DNA from: Nitrosopumilus sp.
GTDB taxonomy: Archaea > Thermoproteota > Nitrososphaeria > Nitrososphaerales > Nitrosopumilaceae
Direction: 5' to 3'
Assembly: GCA_965207445.1 (NCBI GenBank)
Contig: CBDBLX010000002.1
Span: 2,295,849-2,359,848 of the forward strand
DNA length: 64,000 bases
Below, piece after piece: positions 1-9,112 of the stretch (position 1 is its first letter; the number at the start of each line of letters is the position of its first letter). The position numbers were made by a program, and so were the translations under genes. The notes beneath the pieces were generated by a model. It did no database searches and had not been told where the DNA came from. It worked only from the letters and a program-made list of their open reading frames with translations.

Positions 1-254
1 TACCTACAGACCCGTTGTCACAAGGCACCCCATATACTCAAAGGGGATTGAATTTGTACATACAGTTACAAGATCTGAACGACGAGCGCGAAAAGCTTCA
101 AGCAGAATTAGATCAAACACCAGAATCAAATATTGATGAGCGAAATAGGATCATTGAATTGTACAATGAAAATATAGTAGAGTATAATACACTTGTCAAT
201 GATCTGAACTGTGTAGAAAACCCCACTTACCAAGATGCCAACTCGACGGGATGA
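1..254 (+). CDS. hypothetical protein, C-terminal part (coiled-coil-like), probably truncated by window edge
   Basis: ORF 15..254 with heptad-like acidic sequence; stop at 254. Confidence 0.5.
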   Translation, partial: PTDPLSQGTPYTQRGLNLYIQLQDLNDEREKLQAELDQTPESNIDERNRIIELYNENIVEYNTLVNDLNCVENPTYQDANSTG

Positions 255-265
255 GTGTCATACAC

Positions 266-525
266 ATATAGCAACGCTCACAAGTCTTAGCACATTAAAG
301 TCACTAATCTGGTGTAAATAACCTATGATCATTTTTTATATGCCTGGCATGGCTACAAGTGTGACGCGTAACTGCCCCTCTAGAGGGAAAAGTCAAAAAT
401 ATGTTTATTTCTAGTTACAGCATGCAAAAATTAAACAACTAAAAAACACGCAAGTCCAAAAAGACAGGGCTCATTACGCGTAGGCTTTAATGTTGATTGT
501 AATTTATCTGAAATTATACATTTTC
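266..525 (+). mobile_element. degenerate IS end fragment (possibly IS630-like), copy 1 of a dispersed repeat
   Basis: Aligns by eye to the reverse complement of ~53375-53632 (shared blocks CACATTAAAGTCA, AAAAGTCAAAAATATGTT, GGCTTTAATGTTGATTGTAATTTA); begins TATAGCAACGCTCA; interrupted by MITE-B at 526. Confidence 0.55.
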
Positions 526-671
526 GTGTAAACCAATCTCCATGACTAATATAATCATTTAAAAATAATCCTAGCCAAATGTATCGCATGAACGATACTC
601 GATATACAGACAAAATATAACCAAATACAAGTATGTATTTCATTATTGTGTACAATGATCATGGCTCACAC
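526..671 (+). mobile_element. MITE family B (~146 bp), copy 1
   Basis: Imperfect terminal inverted repeats GTGTAAACCAATCT...GATCATGGCTCACAC; internal sequence shared with 53102-53249 and with the reverse complement of 59942-60084. Confidence 0.7.
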
Positions 672-750
672 AGTTGAACGGTTACCTATAATTACATATA
701 AACACATTTACTTTTTGGCGAATATAAAATAAATGTATATGATTAATTAA

Positions 751-825
751 TGGGCCCGATGAGATTCGAACTCATGACCTTTCGATTATCAGTCGAACGC
801 TCCAGCCAAGCTGAGCTACGAGCCC
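751..825 (-). tRNA. tRNA-Ile(GAT)
   Basis: Cloverleaf GGGCTCG...CGGGCCC-A; anticodon arm TTCGA-ctGATaa-TCGAA; T-loop GTTCGAATC. Confidence 0.96.
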
Positions 826-945
826 ATTGCTAAAATACATTAGTGTGTCATTTAAATAATTCGAACACACGTTACGCAACTGTTTAAACGATATTAAAAC
901 ACAATAAAATTAAAACACATCACAATTAAAATTAAACCATCATTA

Positions 946-1503
946 TCATGTCGGTTTCCATTTAATTGAGCATCCAATAGATGGATCAAAACCATTTTCA
1001 ATTGACTCATTTTTGAGCATCTTGCCAATGTTGAGAATCATTGTTTTTTCTGACGCCATATCATCTGGACTAGGGGCATCGTCAATCTTGCCATGAAACA
1101 CAAGCTTACGGTTTGCATCAAAGAGAAACGGATCAGGAGTACACACTGCACCATATGTGCGCGCCGTATTCTGCGTATCGTCCACTAGATAATCAAACTT
1201 GAAGCCTTTCTCTTTAGCAGTCTGTTTCATGGCATCAAAGCTATCCTCAGGATAATCAGTAGAATCATTGCTGTTGATGCCTACAATAGCAACATCACTA
1301 GAGCCATACATCTCATACAATTCATTGAGTGCATCAGTCTTTGCTTTGACATATGGGCAATGATTACACATGAATATGACAAGTAGACCCTTGTATCCAT
1401 CATAATCTGCAAGTGAATGACGCTTATCATCTATTCCAATTAGAGAAAAGTCAGGAGCAGAGTCTCCAATATTCAGCTTTACCTGAGATTCTAATAGTAC
1501 CAT
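946..1503 (-). CDS. thioredoxin-fold AhpC/TSA (peroxiredoxin-like) protein
   Basis: APDFSL, FMCNHCPYV, YGAVCTPD and GCSIKWK motifs; start taken at MVLLES. Confidence 0.9.
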   Translation of the reverse strand: MVLLESQVKLNIGDSAPDFSLIGIDDKRHSLADYDGYKGLLVIFMCNHCPYVKAKTDALNELYEMYGSSDVAIVGINSNDSTDYPEDSFDAMKQTAKEKGFKFDYLVDDTQNTARTYGAVCTPDPFLFDANRKLVFHGKIDDAPSPDDMASEKTMILNIGKMLKNESIENGFDPSIGCSIKWKPT

Positions 1504-1711
1504 ACACAACAACAACAGGCTTCAAATAAAATTCTTGTTCTCAAGGTAAAATTTATCTACTTGTACACCACCACACACGATGCAATTTATACCTAAAATA
1601 CAGTTGAAAATATAAAATGTATCTTGCATTGCAATTACATACGAAAAAATTCTGTCCAGTCATAAACATCATAGCAACAATTAAAATCCATATAACTTGG
1701 CACGATTTTGA

Positions 1712-1788
1712 GGGCCGGTAGTATAGCCTGGTAGTATACCCGCCTTGCACGCGGGGGGTCACGGATTCAAATTCCGTCCGGTCCACCA
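1712..1788 (+). tRNA. tRNA-Ala(TGC), CCA encoded
   Basis: GGGCCGG/CCGGTCC acceptor stem with G3:U70; anticodon arm CCCGC-ctTGCac-GCGGG; ends ACCA. Confidence 0.96.
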
Positions 1789-1812
1789 TTTAATCTCATA
1801 CATCGCCCACAA

Positions 1813-1895
1813 GTAACCGTTCAACCCTTGTTGTGCCTGTCTAGACGTTAGGCGGTGAACCTGTGCCTAAATTTGGAAAAAGATTGAACGGTTAC
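1813..1895 (+). mobile_element. MITE family A (82-83 bp, GTAAC termini), copy 1
   Basis: Perfect 12-bp TIR GTAACCGTTCAA...TTGAACGGTTAC; internal AGACGTTAGGCGGT shared with 5405-5486. Confidence 0.8.
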
Positions 1896-2037
1896 TCCCA
1901 AGAATCATTACAGAAAATAGAGAAATTCATACATGGTAACAAAATACACAAAATAGTATTCAAATTCTCAATAGTTTGAATATGTATATATAATATAATG
2001 AAATATTTTTAAAAGACAACTTTATACAATAAACGAA

Positions 2038-2505
2038 TTGAATAACTCAGAGGTATTAAATTACCTTGAAAGTACAATGAGAGATTTTCTCATAAATACA
2101 CTATCATCTACCAAAAACTGGGAAAAAGCATGCATACCAAACGACATATTGGTAGACACAAAAGAAAGACACAAAAAAACAATCCACATGAATAATGTTT
2201 TAAACAAACCGAATTATACAATTATGGATTTTGTAAACTTTGATGCATATGAAAAGATAATTACACGTAAGGATAATTGGGAAAAATATTTTGCTACAAC
2301 ATTCTTGCTCAAACCCATATTTACATATAAAATGGATATCATACGTTCACTTCGAAACGACGTACGGCATGGAAGAATGCTTGATCCCATAAACGACATA
2401 CGACTCAAACTTCACTGCTATGATGTATTGGCACAAATTTACGAAGCAGATAAATCAAAAAGATTTCAACACAAGAGACTTGCTAAAAAAATAGGTTTGT
2501 TGTAA
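2038..2505 (+). CDS. Swt1-like HEPN domain protein
   Basis: LESTMRDFL...WEK...MDFVNF...II...NWEKYF...LRNDVRHGR, containing the HEPN RxxxxH motif. Confidence 0.7.
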   Translation: MNNSEVLNYLESTMRDFLINTLSSTKNWEKACIPNDILVDTKERHKKTIHMNNVLNKPNYTIMDFVNFDAYEKIITRKDNWEKYFATTFLLKPIFTYKMDIIRSLRNDVRHGRMLDPINDIRLKLHCYDVLAQIYEADKSKRFQHKRLAKKIGLL

Positions 2506-2537
2506 ATGATTACTTGTCATGTCACCAATAATGATTA

Positions 2538-2572
2538 ATTTCATTATTGTGTCCAAAGAGCTTGGTTCACAC
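2538..2572 (+). mobile_element. MITE family B, isolated right end
   Basis: TTTCATTATTGTGTCCAAAGAGCTTGGTTCACAC matches the right ends at 53249 and 671. Confidence 0.6.
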
Positions 2573-2643
2573 CATAATTGTACTGCCAAGGTTGTAATTT
2601 TATTTTATAATATATTCACAATCTCAATAGAAGAAATAGTAAA

Positions 2644-2725
2644 ATAACCGTCCAACCACTTTAAGAAATCAGGTATGGACTTTGTCATCAACTCTTCGAC
2701 ACAGGCACAGAAGTTGAACGATTAC
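2644..2725 (-). mobile_element. MITE family A, diverged inverted copy
   Basis: 82 bp, ATAACCGTCCAA...TTGAACGATTAC; reverse complement starts GTAATCGTTCAACTTCTGTGCCTG. Confidence 0.65.
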
Positions 2726-3318
2726 TTTTATTGTTCATGAGATTTGTTATATAAGGAAGTCTAGATTGATACGGAGTGCCTTTTGTTCTAAACTGCAAAC
2801 AGCCACCCCAACATGTGTCGGCACAACATACATACATACACTCACACAGACTTGGCTAGTTGTTTTATATTTGATCCTATAATTCATACCAAATATCACT
2901 TGAAATCATTCATTTATGTATCAACATTGCATTATTTATCAAATAATACGTACAACAATCTATGATCTTATTTAGGCATAAATCCAAATAACAACCTGCA
3001 GACCCTGGAAAAATGTGTTTGGATGGATTTAAATATAAAGCATATTCGAAATATAATATGGCAAGTATTGTAGATGGATGGCCTGTATGGATTCCACTGA
3101 TTGTAGGTTTAGCACCTGGACTAGTATACTGGCTAGCAATTACTGCAAAAAGAAAGTAAAAGAGGGCATTAGTTGCCCATTTGACTCTTTTTATTATAAT
3201 GAATACATTTAATGTGAGATGTGACAATTCGTTTGCCGCATACCAAATACAGGTACATTGTGATTAATAAAGTGCATAACCAAAAAACACAAGTATACCT
3301 GTAAATCTTCAAAATATA

Positions 3319-4467
3319 ATGTCAATGACCATCACCATAACCACTATAATATCAATATGCATTGTAGTTATTTCCATTATGGCAACACATGAAATTCCAA
3401 TTACATATGCACAAGAATACACAGACACACCACCATCACTTGTAGCTGCACTAGAGGAGACTAGTCAGTATGTTTTTTTAGATGACTCAGGATATGCGGT
3501 CATGGTCGGCATGGTGGAAAATAAAGGGTTCAGTTACATCTCTGCAATTCAGATTCAAGTAAGGTTTTATGGCGAATCTACAAGTTCACCTATCAATATC
3601 GTATCGGGAACCACTCTAATTGATGTCTTGCCACCAAATTCAAAAACACCATTTATGATAAGATCGTCGATACCAGACTCAAATATCGTGCATGCATCTG
3701 CCAAAATAATTCATGTTGGGGATTCACAACAAAAAGAGTCAAATCTAATTCTCACAATAGATGATAGTTCAACAACGCCAATCATATCAAATACAAACAT
3801 GTACAATATTACAATCAACGGAAATATCCAAAATGGGCCTGCGCCTTCATCCAATACAACAGTATATGTTGCATTTTATGATGCATTTGTACCCCCACGC
3901 ACACTAGATGTAAGATCTATACATTTAGGAAACATGAGTCATAATGAAACCATAGAATTTGAGCTTGATGATGTATTGCCCCAAAATGCACGATCGTTTA
4001 GTGTATTTGCCGAATCAAATATTTATCACGCAGAGCCATTATTGCAACAACCCATCTCATTAGAATTCTTTGTAACAGAAGAACTATCAGACAAGTTAAC
4101 AAAACCAATTGTAATTAGTGATGTGTCACTTTATGATAGTGCAGAAAACAGAATCGGCTCTGCAACGGTAGGTGAGGCTGCCAAAATTAAAACAATCATT
4201 ACAGTACAATCAACTAATGATGATGATGTAAAACGTGTAAAAGGCGCATATATTTTATATGTGCAAATTAAAGATGCATCAGGAACAGAACAAATAGAGT
4301 TTATCGGCAAGCGTGGGGGGCAGATCACAGCACAAGGTACACAAACGTCAAGTGTAGAATGGACGCCACAGAGACCCGGTCTATACATTGCAGAAACATT
4401 TGTGTGGGATGTAAACAATGTAGCCCTTGCCGAACCAAACACAGTATTGCTTATTTTGGTAAAATAG
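3319..4467 (+). CDS. secreted/surface hypothetical protein (FxLYD-like beta-sandwich domains)
   Basis: N-terminal signal peptide ending TYA; VGMVEN...VRFY pattern; C-terminal WTP..PGLY..ETFVW. Confidence 0.7.
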   Translation: MSMTITITTIISICIVVISIMATHEIPITYAQEYTDTPPSLVAALEETSQYVFLDDSGYAVMVGMVENKGFSYISAIQIQVRFYGESTSSPINIVSGTTLIDVLPPNSKTPFMIRSSIPDSNIVHASAKIIHVGDSQQKESNLILTIDDSSTTPIISNTNMYNITINGNIQNGPAPSSNTTVYVAFYDAFVPPRTLDVRSIHLGNMSHNETIEFELDDVLPQNARSFSVFAESNIYHAEPLLQQPISLEFFVTEELSDKLTKPIVISDVSLYDSAENRIGSATVGEAAKIKTIITVQSTNDDDVKRVKGAYILYVQIKDASGTEQIEFIGKRGGQITAQGTQTSSVEWTPQRPGLYIAETFVWDVNNVALAEPNTVLLILVK

Positions 4468-4500
4468 AACTTTCACATCATTTTTTATTGCGTACAAACC

Positions 4501-5013
4501 ATGTATAACGTGGTTAAAAAATACAATATAGTAGCAACAGGAGGAACGTTTGATATTTTACACAAAGGACATTACAAGTTACTTGACGTTGCCTTTGAAA
4601 GTGCAAATTTTCATGTGATAATAGGATTAACAAGTGACGAAATGCTTGCAGCATATAATAAAAAAAAGCAAAAGACAATACTACATAATTATGCCAAAAG
4701 ATTTACAAATCTCAATACATACTTGAGAAAGACGTATTGTGGTGCATCTTTTGAAATAAGCAAACTTGAGAACGATTTTGGCCCTGCGGTTTTAAGTGAT
4801 AAAGTTGGTGCGCTCGTGACAAGTGAGGAGACAGCACACAAGGCCAAAACGTTAAACAAAATGCGATTATCAAAAGGATTAAAACCAGTTGATGTAGTTG
4901 TCGTGCCAATGATATTAGCATATGATTCAAATCGTATATCTTCAAGTAGAATACGAAACTCTGAGATAGATGTAAAGGGGAATCCCACGGATAAATTTGA
5001 CAATAGTTATTAA
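4501..5013 (+). CDS. coaD: phosphopantetheine adenylyltransferase, archaeal type
   Basis: GGTFDILHKGH, IIGLTSD, VTSEET and ISSSRIR motifs. Confidence 0.9.
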   Translation: MYNVVKKYNIVATGGTFDILHKGHYKLLDVAFESANFHVIIGLTSDEMLAAYNKKKQKTILHNYAKRFTNLNTYLRKTYCGASFEISKLENDFGPAVLSDKVGALVTSEETAHKAKTLNKMRLSKGLKPVDVVVVPMILAYDSNRISSSRIRNSEIDVKGNPTDKFDNSY

Positions 5014-5034
5014 TAATTATTGTAATTATGTTCT

Positions 5035-5364
5035 ATGGGGTTAATAGAGCGCATGATAAATCAATTCGATGATGATGTGGGACGTCTCAGAGATGGCCTC
5101 TTACCAAATAATCTTGCATATTGGTATGACAATATAATAGCAGAGTCAATTGAAATGGCACCTCCGTGGCTTCAAGATAAGATAAGGGTTAAACAGGACC
5201 CAATACTGCCTATGAAGTTTAATATAGATATATCAAAACGAGCAATCAAATATTTCATAATAGCAATAGAAAACAACATAGACAACATGCCAAAAACCAC
5301 ACAGTTGTATTTTCTCAAAGTGCAAAAGGCGCTCATATCTGAGATGGACAAGTCACTTGTATGA
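5035..5364 (+). CDS. conserved hypothetical protein
   Basis: 109-aa ORF co-oriented 21 bp after coaD. Confidence 0.7.
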   Translation: MGLIERMINQFDDDVGRLRDGLLPNNLAYWYDNIIAESIEMAPPWLQDKIRVKQDPILPMKFNIDISKRAIKYFIIAIENNIDNMPKTTQLYFLKVQKALISEMDKSLV

Positions 5365-5404
5365 TGTTAATGGTGTACAACTCAAAAAGCGTAAACATTA
5401 TGGT

Positions 5405-5486
5405 GTAACTGTTCAACCCCCGTGTACCTGCGCCAGACGTTAGGCGGTTAATTTGTGTCTAAAATTGAGAGTGATTGAACGGTTAC
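5405..5486 (+). mobile_element. MITE family A copy with 9-bp target-site duplication CATTATGGT
   Basis: GTAACTGTTCAA...TTGAACGGTTAC flanked by CATTATGGT at 5396-5404 and 5487-5495. Confidence 0.88.
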
Positions 5487-5790
5487 CATTATGGTTGCAA
5501 ATTAGTATTTGTAAACAACTGCACTTAACTAGTGTCGTCATACATAAACAACACTAATCATATCAAAATATATGATCATTAAAAGTGTAACTGTTTGTAC
5601 ATGTACATACACTAGAATAAATAACCAAATTCATATTTGAAATACTGGGCCTAAACTGTTACTTAAAAGATACCATTAATCTTTAATTATAGTAAATACA
5701 CACGTATTTTATGGATTCAGACTTTAAAGCACTCGGACTATCATTAATTGCAATGGTAGGCGTGGTGGGAATCTATGTAGTTGTAGTCCC

Positions 5791-6135
5791 CTAACATACA
5801 AGACTCTTTGAGATCAGTACTGAATTATTATTATTATTATTATCAGTACCCTGAACACACACCATGTTTAACCGATAGTTTTGTTCTGTCACCGACTGGA
5901 TAAAATCTGCAAAAGACTCTACAGCAGACTCGTCTTTTAGTAATATGCTATGTGACGAACCATCTACAAGTAATATTATAATTTCATTTTTGATGGTTGC
6001 AGTTATAGTCTTGATAAATGTCTGTACATTTCCAGTGTTTTCATCTTTAATCATTATTAGACTTGCAAGTTTTTGTGCCTCATACTTATCTTCACACTGC
6101 ACAATAAGAGTATCTTGTTGTTTGTGTGCCATCAT
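5791..6135 (-). CDS. hypothetical protein downstream of trpS
   Basis: ORF co-oriented with trpS; start taken at MMAHK; poly-N near C-terminus. Confidence 0.7.
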   Translation of the reverse strand: MMAHKQQDTLIVQCEDKYEAQKLASLIMIKDENTGNVQTFIKTITATIKNEIIILLVDGSSHSILLKDESAVESFADFIQSVTEQNYRLNMVCVQGTDNNNNNNSVLISKSLVC

Positions 6136-6145
6136 AAAGTAACCC

Positions 6146-7276
6146 TCAAAGCAAAAATTCATCTAGTGTTTCTTTTGCCTGCTCACGTTTGGCCTGATGC
6201 ACTTTGAGAAACTCGTTTATCTTTTCAATCAATATTGCTTTTAGTTCACCGGTCAGCATCTTGCCAGATACATAATCATCATGAATCACTTGTAGACGCG
6301 CATCATCAGGCTCAAAAAACATCCTCAAGTATTGATACGACACATCAATATCTGGATTTCCACCAATTTTTTTGTGCTGCTCAATATCTGGCTGCCCACC
6401 AGAGAATGCATGTTTGTTTATCTTTTTTCTGACTTGTGCAGGTGTATCAGTTGTGTAAATGGTACCATGATCTGATGATGCAGACATCTTATAGTCTGCA
6501 CCTTCAAGTGGAGGGAGCATTATATTGTGCATCAGTGCAGGTTTGTGCTTTCCTATCTTTGGTGCCACATCACGAGTCACTCTAAAATGCGGGTCTTGGT
6601 CAACACCTAGCGGTATCAATACAGGCATATCCTCTAAAAAACAAGGAGCAGATTGTAACGTAGTATAAAAGATCATTCCAAGATTTGTTGTATTTGAAAA
6701 CCCAAATACAGCTTTAGTATTTGAAAAGTTCACCCGCTTTGCAATTTGAGTTGCTATTGGATACAACGTGTCTATGTTTCTACTATTGATTATGATCTTA
6801 GTATCATCTGGCTTGAATCCAAGCGCAATAAAGTCAAGTGCATTCTCCAAGGCATATTTCGTAGTATCAGTCATCGTAAGATTGTCTTTTGCAAAGAATT
6901 TTTCATCATCTGTGAGTTGAAAGTACATCTTTACTTTGAATTTTTTTTGTAACCATCTTGCAAAGACCCACGGCAAAAGATGTCCTATGTGAGTATGTCC
7001 TGAAGGTCCACGCCCCGTATACAGGAAGAACTTTTTTCCCTTTTCGTATCTATCAAGGATTAGATCAAAATCTCTATGCGAGAAAAATATTCCTCTTCGT
7101 ATCATAAAATGATCCTCACCAACAAGTTTGCTCAATCTTGCACTTAGATCCTTTGTAATACGTTGTGTTCCAAATTTTTCAATCAGTTTGTTATAATCAA
7201 TTTTCCCAGACACATGCCATGGTGTTACGATAAAATCCTCATTGCCACTATTTGTTTTATTATTTTCCTCTGACAT
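6146..7276 (-). CDS. trpS: tryptophan--tRNA ligase
   Basis: YTGRGPSG-HIGH, GVDQDPHFR, KMSAS and AFSGG motifs. Confidence 0.97.
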   Translation of the reverse strand: MSEENNKTNSGNEDFIVTPWHVSGKIDYNKLIEKFGTQRITKDLSARLSKLVGEDHFMIRRGIFFSHRDFDLILDRYEKGKKFFLYTGRGPSGHTHIGHLLPWVFARWLQKKFKVKMYFQLTDDEKFFAKDNLTMTDTTKYALENALDFIALGFKPDDTKIIINSRNIDTLYPIATQIAKRVNFSNTKAVFGFSNTTNLGMIFYTTLQSAPCFLEDMPVLIPLGVDQDPHFRVTRDVAPKIGKHKPALMHNIMLPPLEGADYKMSASSDHGTIYTTDTPAQVRKKINKHAFSGGQPDIEQHKKIGGNPDIDVSYQYLRMFFEPDDARLQVIHDDYVSGKMLTGELKAILIEKINEFLKVHQAKREQAKETLDEFLL

Positions 7277-7642
7277 GTATCATGAAATAAATTTAGGATT
7301 AAAAAAGTCTTATTGGTTGTCTACAAGCACAACAAGTCATTATAACCAATTAAAATAAAAATACTATTTTTAAATATATTATTATTACAATTATTATTAC
7401 CACTATTAATGTAGCAATACTCATAAATTCTGGCACACAAAAAAAAATACGCAAGATAATTTTTGACAGGCGTCTTTACGCGAAAATACTTAATAATTCA
7501 GATTTATCGTGTTCTTGAAAAATTACTTTTAATATTAAAACAACATTTGACAAGTAAATTTCATCAAGATTCAATGATTTGTACAACACAAATACAACCT
7601 GTATAATTACATTCATAATACTTGATTCAAAGCACACCATCA

Positions 7643-9112
7643 ATGTCAAAGATCATATTACACATAATTGAGAAAAAGATCATTACGTCATTAAAGTCAA
7701 AGTCAGTGCAATCACTAGACACGCTTGCAGCATCCACAAAACTCTCAATTGATCAGACACGTCGTGGAGTAGAATGGTTGCGTCACAAAGGACTTGCAGA
7801 CGTATCGGATACAAAACAGACATTGTTGTCTCTTGATAAAAACGGATTGAAACTACCTAACATGATGTTGCCAGAGAGATTATTACTCAATATTCTTAAA
7901 GACGGTCCACAGAAAATATCATCACTTAAAGATACTCTAGGGGCATCAACTTTTGGTATTGCTATAGGTATAGCAAAAAAGAACGGATGGATATCTGTAA
8001 ATGAGAATCAAAAAAATAACACAACAGAAATATCACTTTCTGCTGCTGCACCAAAAATACTTCCAGGTGAGGCTGCACTAAAGACCATAACAGACAGTGA
8101 CAAACCAATACATAGTACACTAGTCAATAGAGCAGATCTACAGGTACTACTCAAGCGACCACATCTCATAAAACAAACCACAATCACTACAAAGAACATT
8201 AAACTCACAAAAAATGCCAAAATGTTAGACATTAAAGGAGATAATGACATTAAAGGAGATAAAACAGAACATCCAACATTAAACGCAATAGATGTGTCTG
8301 CTACGGTTCCAAACAAGCGTTTTGGGAGAGTGCACCCACTCAAAGATGTGATTTCAGAGATCAAAGAGATCTTTGTTTCCATGGGATTCTCAGAGATATC
8401 AGGTAACATGACACAATCTTGTTTTTGGAATTTTGATGCACTCTTGACACCACAAGACCATCCATCACGTGAGATGCAAGACACATTTTATCTTGATGAT
8501 GATTTGGCAGTTGATACTATAAAGTCGTCACAAAAACACACAAGATACATCTCCAAAATACATACTCAAACATGGCATCAAGCATGGAATATATCAGATG
8601 CAAAAAAGAGTGTGTTGCGCACACACACAACATGCATTACACTACAACATCTTCTCAATACCATACCCATATCAAAAAAACCTACAGATGCACGCATATT
8701 TTCATTGGGACGTGTGTTTAGAAATGAAAAAACTAGCTACAAGCATCTTGCCGAGTTTACACAAGTCGAAGGCGTCATACATGAAAAAGGTGCTACGATA
8801 CGGGATCTGATGGGAATACAGACTGAGTTTTACAGACGATTAGGCCTAGAAAAAGTGAAATTTTGGCCCACGTTCTTTCCATATACAGAACCGTCATTTC
8901 AATCAATGGTATACAATGAAAAGATCGGTAAATGGGTTGAATTATTTGGAATGGGAATATTCCACCCCCACGTGACACATAGACTGCAATATCCAGTATT
9001 GGCATGGGGTGGAGGAGTAGAGAGGATAGCGATGATAAAATATGGTATTGATGATGTTCGTGAATTTTATGCAAATGATCTACAGTGGTTGCGTAGTGCG
9101 AGGAGAGTGTAA
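7643..9112 (+). CDS. pheS: phenylalanine--tRNA ligase alpha subunit
   Basis: WNFDAL..PQDHP.REMQDTF, LRTHTT, GRVFRNE, FFPYTEPS and GVERIAM motifs. Confidence 0.96.
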   Translation: MSKIILHIIEKKIITSLKSKSVQSLDTLAASTKLSIDQTRRGVEWLRHKGLADVSDTKQTLLSLDKNGLKLPNMMLPERLLLNILKDGPQKISSLKDTLGASTFGIAIGIAKKNGWISVNENQKNNTTEISLSAAAPKILPGEAALKTITDSDKPIHSTLVNRADLQVLLKRPHLIKQTTITTKNIKLTKNAKMLDIKGDNDIKGDKTEHPTLNAIDVSATVPNKRFGRVHPLKDVISEIKEIFVSMGFSEISGNMTQSCFWNFDALLTPQDHPSREMQDTFYLDDDLAVDTIKSSQKHTRYISKIHTQTWHQAWNISDAKKSVLRTHTTCITLQHLLNTIPISKKPTDARIFSLGRVFRNEKTSYKHLAEFTQVEGVIHEKGATIRDLMGIQTEFYRRLGLEKVKFWPTFFPYTEPSFQSMVYNEKIGKWVELFGMGIFHPHVTHRLQYPVLAWGGGVERIAMIKYGIDDVREFYANDLQWLRSARRV

